Positions 25,403 through 39,194 of a stretch of 64,000 nt of DNA are shown in pieces. Within the stretch, counting starts at the first letter, position 1. Every line of letters begins with the position of its first letter. The notes beneath the pieces were generated by a model that worked only from the letters and a program-made list of their open reading frames with translations, ran no database searches and was not told where the DNA came from. A program made the position numbers and the translations under genes. This DNA comes from Octopus vulgaris (taxonomy: Eukaryota): NCBI GenBank assembly GCA_951406725.2, contig OX597815.1, forward strand, positions 63,922,001 to 63,986,000, in the 5' to 3' direction.

Positions 25403-26677
25403 AATATTAAACAACTCGTTGATTTTAACCAAGAACATTTTAAATGTTAACAATATTTCTCAACAGAATAATTCCAAAAGAACATAAAACTAAGCTGGCT
25501 CGACTTGCACATAACTTTAAAAACCAACACTCTGTGTACTCCAAGAAGTAGGATAGTGACTCGTGTGTGCAGCCAACCATAATATCTGTAGACATCCAGT
25601 AGAAAGAAGCTCAAACAGAAACTCATTATATCTTAATTATACACAAGATAGCTTTATTTATTGTGCTTTGTTTCGGCAAGATAACGTTTGTCAAGGTTCG
25701 TGTATTTTAGGTACGTGTATATATGTATATGTATGTATATATAATAGGAATATATATATATGCATATACATATAAACAGTATATACATATATAATATTTA
25801 TATAAGGTATATAATCGATATACGTACATATATATATATATATATATATACATAGCAATACACAAACACACACACATATATATATATATACAATTATACT
25901 TACGTGCATTCATACATCCATATATAGGTACATGTATATACATACTTGCATATATACATACATATGTATATATATATATTTGTTTGTATGTATATATATA
26001 TATATGTATATATATACATATATGTACATATATAATATGTATATATATATACACATACACATATATAAGATAAATACATATAGATATCCATATATACATA
26101 TGCATATATACATACATATACATAAGCACACACACGTGCACACTCACACGCACACATACTTCCATACATATACCTACACATATATACTCCTACAAACATG
26201 CATACATGTGTGGAAAGGAGAGAGGGGAGAGAGGGAAATGAAAAGGAGAAGAGGAAAAACGAATGAGAGAAGTGTATTGTCGTAACCTTGTTTGTTTCAA
26301 GTGCATTATCTGTATACGGCTGCTGCTGCCTCTGCGATTGTTAAAGTGCACTGCCAGTATTTATGTATGCAAGGGTGTTGTAGTGCATTCCCAGTATACC
26401 AGCGCACATAAAGTGCACTCCTTGCATGTTGGTGTATGCCACAACGTATGTTCGATACATTTAGCATCTTATAAAATGTCACCCCTGAGGGTCTAATTGC
26501 TACCTGGAGATTAATTAACGTATGTTTATATCGAGAATACGTCATATACAGAGCCAAATACGCAGTGTTCGTTAGTATGAAAGAGTTAATGATAATGTAT
26601 CAGAGTAGGATTCACGAGAAACATGTCTGAGGATTTAAGGTATTGGAGAATCAACCAAGCCAGAAGGATATCCTTAA

Positions 26678-27205
26678 TATTAGCTAAAACAGCTACATGC
26701 TATATTATTATCTACAACAGAAACATACCATATTATTAAGTAAAACAGAATTATAACCTATTATTAATCAACAGAGAAATATAATATATTAACTGCTATA
26801 GCGGAAACACATTGTATTATCAATTTAAACAGAAATATACCGTAATAACAGCTAAAACAGAAATATATATTATTAACTAAAGCAGAAATATGCTACTATA
26901 TTACTTAAAATATGAAATATATGATTTTCATCAGCTAAAACAGAAATATTGGATTCAAAGTTTGGCACAGGGTCAGCAGATTTTGAGCTGAAAAGAATTC
27001 GATTACATCGACTTCAGTACATGACTGGAACTTATATTATCGATCCCGAAAGGATGAAAGGTAAAGTCGACCTCGGTGGAATTTGAACTCAGAACGCAAA
27101 AATGGACGAAATGCCGCTAAGCATTGTGCTCGGCAAGATAGCAGCTCCACCAGCTCGCTACTTAGCTAAGACAGAAATGCACCGGATTATTTGCTAGGAT
27201 AGACG
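26678..27205. repeat. About 30-bp minisatellite (core TTAGCTAAAACAGAAATATA) interrupted by a family-B SINE (26951-27163, minus)
   Basis: About 10 degenerate units before the SINE and 1-2 after it. Confidence 0.7.
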
Positions 27206-27850
27206 CAGCAGTTGAGCACTGGGGTCAATGTAATCGACTCACTCCCTACCCAAAAATTGCAGCCCTTTTGTGCCAAAGTATGAAACAAATATAACTTCCA
27301 TCTAAGGCGGCGAATTGGCAGAATCGTTAGTATGCCGGGAAACATGCTAAAGCGGTATTTTTCCGACCTTACATTCTGATTTCAAATGCAGCCGGAGTCT
27401 TATGCCAAAATTTGTAATCAATATAAATTGTATGTAAACTGCAACGTTTCTGAGTGTTCGAGGAAATAAATAAATCTACTAATTGATCTTCATCATAACC
27501 AGAAGGGAAATGTGTCTTCAAGTCGTTATATTTATAAAGTAATTCCTATATGGAAAACACCTACGTTCGAACGCGAATCTCCAAGTTTACATATTGAGCA
27601 AAGTAAAGTGAGCAGATGAAACGTTGGAAAAGTATAAGTAAAAATATGTGAGCACAAACTCATCGTATAAAGTTTTCAATCTAATGAACACCAGGCAAAG
27701 TGTCTTCTCTTAACACCAGCCTCATTATTGGTTTCAAATTTTCGCACAGAGCCAGCAGTTTTGGGGGAGGACATATGTTGATTGCATCGACCCGATTGCA
27801 ATCGAACAGGAAATAATGAAAGGCAAGTTCGAACTCGGTGGAATTCGCAC
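27205..27850. mobile_element. Family-B SINE fragments (27205-27290 +, 27304-27420 +, 27728-27850 -)
   Basis: CTGGGGTCAATGTAATCGACT, AAGGCGGCGAATTGGCAGAATCGTTAG, ATGAAAGGCAAGTTCGAACTCGG. Confidence 0.7.
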
Positions 27851-28095
27851 CAGCTGCAATATTAGCAGTTTTAGGTGCTTCCGCTAACTTTACATCATAT
27901 AGAGTGAGGTGAAAAGAGAATAGAGATACAGTGAGAGTGAATATAAGAGGTGTAAGACGAGTTCAGGTTTGGTGGCAGGCAATGAGTAAATGGACACACT
28001 GAAAGTCACAGAAGGAAGAGGAGGAGAGGGATGTATACACATATACACACATAGAGAAACTGTGAGATAAATTGTGTGTGTAGTGTGTGTATGTA

Positions 28096-28181
<86 letters not shown>

Positions 28182-28347
28182 CTATGATATAAATATCAAT
28201 ACAGAGATTAAATGTTTTCAATGTCTCTACTTTTTGAATACCATTTTTATTTAATGTTATTGTAAAGTAATGAATATTTTTCTTTAGAAAACTGGTATGC
28301 ATTTCATCATTTTATATAAACACACACAAAAAAAGAATTATAAATAT

Positions 28348-28929
28348 TCTTTTCTACTCTAGGCATAAGACCCGAAATTTTTGGAGAGGGGTCCAGTCGA
28401 TTAGATCGACCCCAGTACGCAACTGATACTTAATTTATCGATCACGAAAGGATGAAAGCCAAAGTCGACGTCGGCGGAATTTGGACTCAGAACGTAATGA
28501 CAGACGAAATACCTATTTCTTTATTACCCACAAGGGGCTAAACACAGAGAGGACAATCAAGGACAGACAAACGGATTAAGTCGATTATATCGATCCCAGT
28601 GCGTAACTGGTACTTATTTATCGACCTCGAAAGGATGAACGGCAAAGTCGACGTCGGCGGAATTTGAACTCAGAACGTAGCGGCAGACGAAATACCAATT
28701 TTTTTACTACCCACAAGGGGCTAAACATAGAGGAGACAAACAAGGACAGACAAAGGGATTAAGTCGATTACATCGACCCCAGTGCGTAACTGGTACTAAA
28801 TTTATCGACCCCGAAAGGATGAAAAGAAAAGCCAGCCTCGGCGAAATTTGAACTCTGAACGTAACGGCAGACGAAAGACCGCTAAGCATTTCGCCCGGTG
28901 TGCTAACGTTTCTGCCAGCTCGACGCCTT
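28348..28929 (-). mobile_element. Family-B SINE tandem trimer
   Basis: Three successive ATCGACCCCAGT...TTTATCGAC...GAAAGGATGAA...GAATTTGAACTC units. Only the rightmost has the full head. Confidence 0.88.
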
Positions 28930-29194
28930 AAGATTGATAAATGTTAAACAAAAATTATTGTACGTATGCCATATTTCCTGACATTATCCCAGTGTGACAA
29001 AAGCATAGAGAGTACAAAACCGACTTTTCGAACACCGATGGTTGTGTAGTACCTCTTATAATCCGTGAGCCGACATTTCAAATCCGCGTTGCCACCAGAC
29101 CATTTTATTGGCATCTTTCACAGTACAGTATTAATAAACTTGTAGCATTCATTGTAAGGTATAGGTACCTGTATTTCATTTAATTCAATCTTTC

Positions 29195-29437
29195 ATTTGT
29201 TATCTCTTTCAGTCATTAAATTGCGGCCATTATGGGGCACGACCTTAAGGAACTTATAGTGGAATGAGTCCACCCTTGTACTTATATTTTTAAAGCCTGA
29301 TACATGTTTCATCAGTATCTTTTTTGCGAACTGATAAATTACGGGGACGTAAGCAAACCAACACCGGTTACCAAGCGGTGGTGGCAGACAAATGCAGATA
29401 CAAAGACACATATTCACACACATATACATGTCGTGTA

Positions 29438-29486
<49 letters not shown>

Positions 29487-29817
29487 TCTTTTTCTCTTTT
29501 ACTCTTTTACTTGTTTCAGTCATTTGACTGCGGCCATGCTGGAGCACCGCCTTTAGTCGAGCAAATCGACCACGGGACTTATTCTTTGTAAGCCCAGTAC
29601 TTATTCTATCGGTCTCTTTTGCCGAAACGCTAAGTGACGGGGACGTAAATACACCAGCATCGGTTGTCAAGCAATGCTATGGGGACAAACACAAACACAC
29701 AAACACACACACATACACACATATATATATACATATATACGACAGGCTTCTTTCAGTTTTCGTCTACCAAATCCACTCACAAGGCATTGGTCGGTCCGGG
29801 GCTATAGTAGAAGACAT
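29195..29817 (-). mobile_element. Two family-A SINEs (old copy 29195-29415; younger 5'-truncated copy 29485-29817)
   Basis: Family-A tail and body in reverse complement, twice. Confidence 0.8.
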
Positions 29818-30073
29818 AGAGGGGACAAACAAGGACAGTCACTCCTATATATATATAAGGAAAAACTATTTTATCGAAAGCATATATTGTTGTTAAATGC
29901 TCGAAATACGAGAGTAGAAAACCAGCCAACAACTGATGAAGGGCCGTTCTTTATGTTGTTTGTCTTGTTTTCCATTTGGGTCCTTCGTTGTTCGAAAAAA
30001 TAGTTCGTACTACATGTACTCGTACTTCGTATTTTTTGTTGAACACGTTTCATGACGTACTGTGCCCGCATAT

Positions 30074-30136
<63 letters not shown>

Positions 30137-30168
30137 GGCATAGCTGTAAGTATGTACATATACATATT

Positions 30169-30209
<41 letters not shown>

Positions 30210-30227
30210 ATTATATATATTATATAT

Positions 30228-30260
<33 letters not shown>

Positions 30261-30374
30261 TATCTAACATAGGATAGAATTTTTCGAAAAAAATTCTATC
30301 AATGGCCAGCATATTAAAAAATACCTTTTATAAATGTTTATAAATACATATATATATATACGTATATATATACA

Positions 30375-30438
<64 letters not shown>

Positions 30439-30461
30439 TATATACACACACACACACATCT

Positions 30462-30605
30462 GGCTTCTTTCAGTTTACGTCTACCAAATCCACTCACAAG
30501 GCTTTGGTTGACTGGAAGCTTACAGTAGAAGACACTTGCCGCAAGGTACCACACAGTGGGACTGAACCCGGAATCATGTGGTTGAGAAGCAAGCTTTTTA
30601 TCACA
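30462..30605 (-). mobile_element. SINE family A, 5' half
   Basis: GGCTTCTTTCAGTTTACGTCTACCAAATCCACTCACAAGG...GGGACTGAACCCGG. Confidence 0.8.
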
Positions 30606-31000
30606 TTTCTTTAATTTACAGTGTGTTGACCAAGATAATCAGCCCGGGTTTCGGAAAAAGAAAAAAAAAACAGTATGAAGGAAAGGCTTTAGCACTCAAG
30701 GTTCTGAAAAATTGATGTTGAATTTGTACTTCAAAGTCAGCCGTCTTATGACGGGTAATCTTTAGTTTATTTCATAACCAGCACAACCCAATGAATAACA
30801 ACGGAAACAAAACAGCGAAAAATTAGCAAAAAAATCCTGTTCTAAGAAGTAAATTATACCAAAGTTTATCTCGACCACTTTTCTTATGTGGTCGTTTAGG
30901 GTAGGTAAATAATTCACCAACAGGCTGGTCTACATATGCACATATATGTATGCGTGTGAGAGAGAGGTTTGTTTGCATCTGTCTGTGTTTGTGCCTGTAC

Positions 31001-31031
<31 letters not shown>

Positions 31032-31346
31032 CGTGTGTGTGTGTGTGTGTATGTGTGTGTGTGTCTGTGCGTGTGTGAGCGGGTGTGAATGTATGTACAT
31101 CTCCATGCTTTTCAGTGTGCTTAATGTGTCTGAGGTTGTGCTGGTGCCCTGCGTACGTGTGTGAGTGTGTGTGTGCGCGCGAGCATGTGTGTATCCGCGT
31201 TTGCTGGCGTTTTTGTGCTAGTATTTATCACAAGATTATACAGACTAATGTACACATTTAAAATAAAACACACTCACGTATACACATTCACACGTATAGA
31301 CGCGCAATTAAACAAGAACACACAAACATAAACACACACGCATATG

Positions 31347-31388
<42 letters not shown>

Positions 31389-31433
31389 GTATACATATAT
31401 GATTATATATACACATTCATATAAGTATACACC

Positions 31434-31483
<50 letters not shown>

Positions 31484-31696
31484 AAGACGCACATGTACGC
31501 ATATATGTTTATATACATGCATATAATATACACATACACATGCACACATATTTGTGTGAGTGTGTGTGCGTGTGTGTGCGCGTGTGTGTCTGCACATGTA
31601 CTCATACATATGAGTGGGTGTGATGCTTGACACAGATAAACTTCCACCATCAGTAGTGCAGTGTTTTCTCCTGTTTTTATTCATGTCACTTACTGA

Positions 31697-31807
31697 GAAG
31701 AGAAGAAGAAGAAGAAGAAGAAGAAGAAGAAGAAGAAGAAGAAGAAGAAGAAGAAGAAGAAGAAGAAGAAGAAGAAGAAGAAGAAGAAGAAGAAGAAGAA
31801 GAAGAAG
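31697..31807. repeat. (GAA)n microsatellite, about 36 units
   Basis: Direct reading. Produces the poly-Arg artefact ORF. Confidence 0.95.
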
Positions 31808-31960
31808 AGCGCAGTGGAGTTCAGATAAAAGTGAGCGTAGGGGTTAGTTTAAGGTAGAAATTCAACTGAGATAAGCCTGAGGCGAAAACTCGCCAACAGA
31901 GCAAGTGAACTTGAAGGAATGACTAGTCCGCAACAGAAAAGAAATACCCACACACATACA

Positions 31961-32003
<43 letters not shown>

Positions 32004-32210
32004 GTGTGTGTGTGCACACATATTTATATATACATATATGTATATATCACTATATATATATGTATGCATACATACATATATATATATATATATATGCACA
32101 CACACACAAAACGGATGGTTTACGCCTGGTAGCACGGTCACTTTCACAGTAATCGTTACGTGTATGGCAAAGGAAAAGCGGAAGATGGAACATACGAGAA
32201 TTTATTGCTA

Positions 32211-32317
32211 ATCACGACAATTGTTTCGACCTCATCTAGCATCGATCCCTTATGGGCGGAACACTCAACAACTGGTTCAGGTGCACCCGGCGGTGCAGAT
32301 GCATCTCGTCGGGTGAT
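32211..32317 (-). ncRNA. Type I HHR with long stem-II insertion and CCGACGA core
   Basis: ATCAC-CCGACGA-GAT(GCATC...GATGC)...GTC-GAAAC-AATT-GTC-GTGAT: perfect stem I, palindromic stem III ACAATTGT, GUC cleavage triplet. Confidence 0.7.
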
Positions 32318-32357
32318 AAATAGATGTAACTCGTTAAAATAGCAGTTCCGCAATGTA

Positions 32358-32439
<82 letters not shown>

Positions 32440-32746
32440 ACATATATATATATACATAATTAATCAATATAGGGTAGCAAAAAATTCAGAAATTATTTGC
32501 CACCAGCGGTCTAGTGGGAAAAAGGAAATAGTCAGAGACTATTAATAAATTCAACAGCAAAATTAAGGAGAAAATTTTAAAAAACCTTTACCCAGGGTAA
32601 ATGTTTTTTTAAATTTTCTCCTGGTTTACGGAATGAATACTTTTTTGCGGTTGAAGCCTTGGCTGCTATTTCTAGTGAGTTGAACGGCCTATTATGGCCG
32701 TTCCTTAATTTTGCTGTTATATATATATACATATATATATATATGT

Positions 32747-32823
<77 letters not shown>

Positions 32824-33613
32824 TACATATATACATATACTCTGTTATACGAATATTGCAATTTTTTCTCAGTATCAGCAGTGTAATTTCACCACCATGC
32901 AAGTTGTTTATACTTCTAATTTAACGATGACCTACCTAACACTGATAAATAAAAGAGGAAATAAAAGGGGTAGAATTAAAAGAACGAATCACAAGGAGAA
33001 GATGCATACAGTTATTATATTAACCCATTGTTGATCAATGAAGATAACGCCTTCGATTACACGGCATCTGAACAAGGAACGTATTCATGCAGAGACTGAA
33101 CTATAATAACTTCTCTTACCGTCACTCCACCTTCCTTCCATATATCTCAAATTATGGAAGTTAGAGAATTTCATTGCTTTAGCTGTGAGGCACCTAGAAA
33201 TATCCGCCATCGGTGCCTCTAATAAGTTTTAGACATCAATAATCATTGAAGACTGACTAACTACGCAACTTTCCAGTTAGGAGCACAATCCTCAGAATTG
33301 CGATTGCTGTCACCTATTTTCACCTCTGTAAAACAATGGAAAGTGGTATAATTTCATTATCATAGACAAACGGAATACTTCAACCTTTGCAACTGATAAC
33401 TTTCCCTTCAATTTGAAGTCTGCCAATCGTGCCTCACAGTGTTTCTTCTTAGATACAGATGTCAGACTAGAATCTGTAAACTAAGGAAAAGAGAAAGAGT
33501 TGTACGTACATCAAACTCACTCACCCTTCTAACACAGTATGACCAGTGGCTCGATTAGTATCATGATAACTGATAACTGATCTTGTATGAGAAATAGCTA
33601 AAAGGATTTAATA

Positions 33614-33676
<63 letters not shown>

Positions 33677-35138
33677 AAATCCGTTCTGACAGTGTGTCTT
33701 CTAGGATCTCGGACATCCTCCATCCGATTGATAGTGTAAATACCGACGGTATCAGGGCGTGTATAAGTCTTGAAAAAATTACAAAAATCAATTCCAGGTG
33801 AGAATGCGATCGATAAAGCCGTTTTTGCCCTGCTTTTCTTCCGTCAACCTGCACATAACTGCACCTTCCATTATTTGTTGTTTTTGTACTGCTTAAAGGC
33901 ACGTTTCTTTCCCGGCAAGCTTACTGTTTAAACCACGTTTGTGTTCTCCCAGTCAACAGTCTTATCATTACTGGTACTTTAAACTCCTCGGTTGCATATT
34001 TGTGTGGATAAAATCGTTTTTCTTTGGAATAGAAAATAAGTCTATCTTTATTTCTTCTTTTGCTGGTGTCTCAAATTTAGGTTAAATCAGTGTTTCTCAA
34101 AGGGGAGGCCTATGGGACGGTCGGATAAGTTGTTTTGAGAAAATTTGGTTTAAATGTTTGACAACTCAGCACCGTCCATTGGATGGGAGGCGTTTTGCTC
34201 GTGTATATATACACACACACACACCATCAAACATGGTGTATGTCGAGTCCATAAAGCATTAGATTAAATGTTTGGTTTTGATTATGGCTTCTAGATTAGC
34301 ATGATAATATATCGATATCTGCTCCATTTTCCCGTCATTGGATGCGATCAGTAGTTTCAAAGCTGTGGAGATGAGGCTATCTAATTTTTTTCGATGCAGC
34401 AAAATAACAGAAAAAAAAAGAAAGAAAGAAAAGAAAACAGAAGTATTTTATAAAGAGTAAATTGAACCAAAGTATATCTTGGATACATTTTTTAAATAGT
34501 CATTGAGAGCGGGTAAAAAGTAAATACGTTGCCATCCTGTTTGTCTACGCAATCAAATGTATTACTGGGGTTTGTATGTCTGTCTCTATATGTGTTTGTG
34601 CACGTGTTTCGGTGTTAATTTAGTGCAAACTCTCAAAGAAATTGAGCGGCTTATTGAGTGACAGAGAACCAGAGGCGATAACTGTAAGGAATGGAAGGTA
34701 AAGGAACTACATTCCCAGAAATGCAGTGATAGGTTTTGCAATGACTGGAATAACGGGTTTTATCAGCAAAATGAAATCGCAAATATTTGTCGTAAAGTTT
34801 CCGAGAAATACATTTTTACATCAAAATTTCATAATCTATATTTAAAATAAAGAATTTTAAAAATTCAAACTAAAACACCTGCTAATTTTATAAAAGATGG
34901 AGGCTCACACACAGACACACAAACACGAGAACAAAGACACCTGCGCGAGCGATATAGCTTGATATTATATACGACAATCGATCAATTAGGAACAAAACGA
35001 GTTCCCAGGTTTATTGGCGAAAACTTTTAAGCAAAGACTGAAAATATAGTGTAATGTATAATTTCACATACATATACTTCTATATTCATTATTATATTTC
35101 TATATGCATGTACATATATGCATATTTATGTACACATA

Positions 35139-35174
<36 letters not shown>

Positions 35175-35441
35175 GAGGGAGAGAGAGAAAGAGAGAGAGG
35201 GGGGAGGGAGGGAAAGAGAATGAGAGAGTGAGAAAGAGCCAACGGATGAGATCCAGAGATTCTCAATATAGAAAACACTTTGTAGCGCTCAAATGATTTG
35301 AACTTACGCCCAAAAACCTTTCCTGAGGACCAAGTCTGCAGGGTAAAGACTGGTTATAAGAGGAATCCAGGTGAGCGGATAGGGAATCAATGATGCAAAT
35401 AGACAAATAACACTATAGCTTCTCTCATTAATTTTGATCTG

Positions 35442-35531
<90 letters not shown>

Positions 35532-35665
35532 AAATATTCATCATCTGAAAAATGTCAGTCTTTGCTTCCTATCTATTTAAATGTATACATGTATGTATAT
35601 TTTGTACATCAAACCCAGGCAGTTCTATTTGTTTATTTACATCATTCTCTGTCTGTCTCTCCCTG

Positions 35666-35714
<49 letters not shown>

Positions 35715-36027
35715 ATGTATCAAAAGGTTGAACAGAAAGAATACAACGAGTAAAGTTGACGAAAGCAGAGTAGGCACAAAAACTATAAGGACGGGAAATT
35801 AGACAACGACACGATACACGGAATATTCGCAGCTGAGATTTCACCTTCAGTCAAAGACGCAAAATATCATAGCAGTTTCACGCCAGTTACCTTTGATACT
35901 ACTCGATTTTTCAGGCGCCAGTGCTTTTATTAAGTTACAGAGGAAAAGCTAGCGAATGTGTGCTAAGACAGAAACAAATAAGACATTATATAAATACAAC
36001 AGACAATAAATTATGCATATATATATA

Positions 36028-36426
36028 GGCGCAGGAGTGGCTGTGTGGTAAGTAGCTTGTTTACCAGCCACATGGTTCCGGGTTCAGTCCCACTGCGTGG
36101 CACCTTGGGCAAGTGTCTTCTACTATAGCCTCGGGCCGACCAAAGCCTTGTGAGTGGATTTGGTAGACGGAAACTGAAAGAAGCCCGTCTTATATATGTA
36201 TATATATATATATGTGTGTGTGTTTGTGTGTCTGTGTTTGTCCCCCTAGCATTGCTTGACAACCGATGCTGGTATGTTTATGTCCCCGTTACTTAGCGGT
36301 TCGGCAAAAGAAACCGATAGAATAAGTACTGGGCTTACAAAAGAATAAGTCCCGGTGTCGAGTTGCTCGATTAAAGGCGGTGCTCCAGCATGGCCGCAGT
36401 CAAATGACTGAAACAAGTAAAAGAGT
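36028..36426 (+). mobile_element. SINE family A, full length, young
   Basis: GGCGCAGGAGTGGCTGTGTGGTAAG (A-box-like), GGGTTCAGTCCC (B-box-like), tail ...GAAACAAGTAAAAGAG. Confidence 0.92.
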
Positions 36427-37228
36427 ATATAACAGCACAAAGCCTTGCAGCCATATACGAACGGAGAAAAAATTAGACATGTACCACAAATACAACAGAA
36501 AGAGCTTTGCAGTTGTCGAACAAACTGAGTGGAGTTGCGCACAGAGGAAATAGAGTAAGTCCTAGGGGACTGAACGGACATAGCAGGAGTCGAGAACAGC
36601 ATGACCATCAAATGTAGGGCGAAGAAGTACGACACCGGTAACGTGGTACGGAAGAAATGTTATGAGAGGGAAAAAGGGAGTGACAGACAAAGAGAGAATG
36701 AAAGAGTAGAAAAGAGAGGGGAAATGACAGAGAGAGAGAGAGAACGAAGGTACAGAGTAAGAAAGACAGAGAAGGGAATGGTGCAAGGGATGCAAGCGAG
36801 GTATGATAGAAAGGGTAAGAATGGAGAAAGAAAGAGTAAGATTAGGTGTGGAAAAATCCAGAGTAAAAGGGAAAGAGAAGGAGACAGACAGGAAGAGAGC
36901 GAAAAATTAAGGGCGACAGAGAGAGAGAAATAAAGAGTGGAGAAAATATATAAGAGTGGAGATAGGCACAAGAGTATCCAAAGAATATATTTTTACAATA
37001 AGGTAAACAAACTATGTGCATTGCGTTACATAAATGTTACATAAATGTAACACAAAGAACACAAGGAGAAAAGTTTGACGAAAACTAAACAGATGTATGT
37101 ATATATATAAAGGTTATGAGAGGTAATGGTGTCAAGAAGACCCAAAGGTGTCAGGTGATGCTGAGAAAGTGTTATGGACAGACTTATAGTTAAGCTTCAG
37201 GTTCGGTGATTATGCGAATGAGGAGTCC

Positions 37229-37282
<54 letters not shown>

Positions 37283-37285
<3 letters not shown>

Positions 37286-37700
37286 TATGATAAAAGGCAG
37301 AGTTTCTCTGCCTCTGACATAGTTTGTTTTTAATACAATTGTACAATATAGAATTTCTTCAATTGGAATTTACCTATGATTTTTCGAAGTAGATTCGATT
37401 GGGTCATGGCATATACATTTTTTTCAATTTCACCCCCAATTAAGCAAAAATTCGAGAAAACTCAATATTTTACGATTTGTCTCTCTCATTTCAAATGCTT
37501 TACTCCTACTATTACCACACTTTCTCCTACTTTCTCTTTGCAAGTGTATACCACTATCATATCCTCTTTCTGCAACTCTTATTCAACACCACACATTCTG
37601 CTACTTTCTCTTATTAATGCTTAAACCAATCCTCAAAAAAAAAGGAAACTGAGATCTGTCGCTAACTTTTGGTAGTATTCATTGGCGAGCGTAATTCAGT
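37283..37700 (+). mobile_element. Possible non-autonomous Helitron 5' portion
   Basis: Starts TC after A in (TA)n, followed by hairpin AGGCAGAG/CTCTGCCT. No clear 3' CTAG. Confidence 0.35.
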
Positions 37701-37878
37701 TGTCAATTGTTGAAAGAAAGAAATTGTAAGCTAAGAAGGTGTGTGTGTATGTGTGTGTGCGTGCATGCGTGTGTGTGAGTGTGTGTGTGTGTGTAGGAAG
37801 TGAAGGACAAAAATATGGCAAGAAGTGGACAAATGTACATATATACATACATACATGTATGTGTGCGTGTGTGTGTTA

Positions 37879-38266
37879 TCTCTCTATATAAAGCTGAAGT
37901 TGTCTGTGTGCGGCAGGTTTGGTAGCCTTCAACTAACACTATCTCCTCCGAGACCCTGCGGCGCAAGTTGACCAAAATTAAGAGTATGATAGAAAAAGGG
38001 TTGTTCTTCCTTCCGTAGAAGATAAAATTCAAATCGGACCATGTTAACACCCAAAATTATTTACATCAAAAAGGTGCTTTTTTCTATGAAAATCCCTATT
38101 TTTTACGATTTTTTCACTGCTGTGTCGTCACTTTTCGGTGTATTTCAACCAGAAAAATGTTCACTTGAAGAGAATAACAAGCTACATAATACAACATTTT
38201 TACTTTTCAAAAATTTCAATTCCAGCGGGTCGAAACAAACCCGAGCAACGCCGGGCGATACTGCTA

Positions 38267-38267
<1 letters not shown>
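37879..38267 (+). mobile_element. Non-autonomous Helitron
   Basis: 5' TC(TCTC)TATATAAAGC. Subterminal hairpin CCCGAGCAACGCCGGG (38240-38255). 3' CTAG. Inserted between A and T with no TSD. Confidence 0.8.
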
Positions 38268-38317
<50 letters not shown>

Positions 38318-38319
<2 letters not shown>

Positions 38320-38850
38320 TAAACAGTAAAAATAATAATAAAATAAATACAGACATGGACAAGAACATGAAACGCCACAGAGACGACACAAGAACCACAG
38401 GACGGGACATTCGAAGCCCTCAGTCATCAGTCAAGAACCAGATCATCTTAGCAATTTCGGCTGATTAATCTTGAGATTGCTCCGATATGGCCAGCCCGCC
38501 ACGGGAAATCTAAGCCAAGTGCATTAGATCCCCTGGAAGAAAGCTTCGAATGTATACAACACGAGGACGGAAAACGAACGAACTACACGAACAAAAATAC
38601 AGAATACGTGACAACAATAAGAATACAAAAACGTAAAAACAATAACGGTAAAAATAAAGTATAAAAAATATATAAACAACAAAACAAAACCAGGACGTAG
38701 GACAAGGGTCTTTCGACAGGACGAATTGAGCATGGGGCTAGCTTATGAAGTTGTGCCTAATGGCCACAGGGAGACGAACAAGTACGTGTTGCTTCAACGG
38801 CTGCTGGAACGAAAAGAGCGTTCAACAGCGGCTAGCGGTCACGTGAGAAC
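38318..38850 (-). mobile_element. Second copy of the 530-bp repeat at 14552
   Basis: Collinear similarity with 14552-15088. Abuts (TA)n. Confidence 0.75.
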
Positions 38851-39153
38851 AAAAGACAAGAGAAAGGGACAGATGAAAAGAGAGAGAAGGTGGACGAGGG
38901 AGGAGAAGAAAGAGACAGATCGAGGGGGCTGGAGGTGAGAGAGATAGAGAAACGTAGAAGGGGGGGGGGGGAAACGGATGGAGAATATATATATATAGTC
39001 TCAAAGAAGAGAGACATACAGCAACAGCACCATATAGTAATGGTAGTTATTGTTTTATGGTGCTGTTACTATATATCTCTCTTTGAGAGATTTAGAAATA
39101 ATATTTCTATTTTATAGATCATTGACTGTGTGTCACTTTGAAATCTATATACT

Positions 39154-39194
39154 CCACGCTGATAAAAAGCAATAACCCAGAAACAGGTTCGTGG
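39154..39194 (+). ncRNA. Decayed type I HHR
   Basis: CCACG-CTGATAA-...-GAAAC-AG-GTT-CGTGG: stem I perfect, G8A in the core, stem II lost. Confidence 0.45.

Noticed and set aside
31614-31847. Poly-Arg (protamine-like) ORF
   Set aside because: Artefact of the pure (GAA)n microsatellite.
33187-33219. GAGGCACC/GGTGCCTC hairpin after CTGTGA
   Set aside because: No GAAA box or further stems. An isolated 8-bp hairpin is expected by chance.
34089-34120. CAGTGTTTCTCAAA hAT-like terminus
   Set aside because: No matching right terminus or TSD was found.
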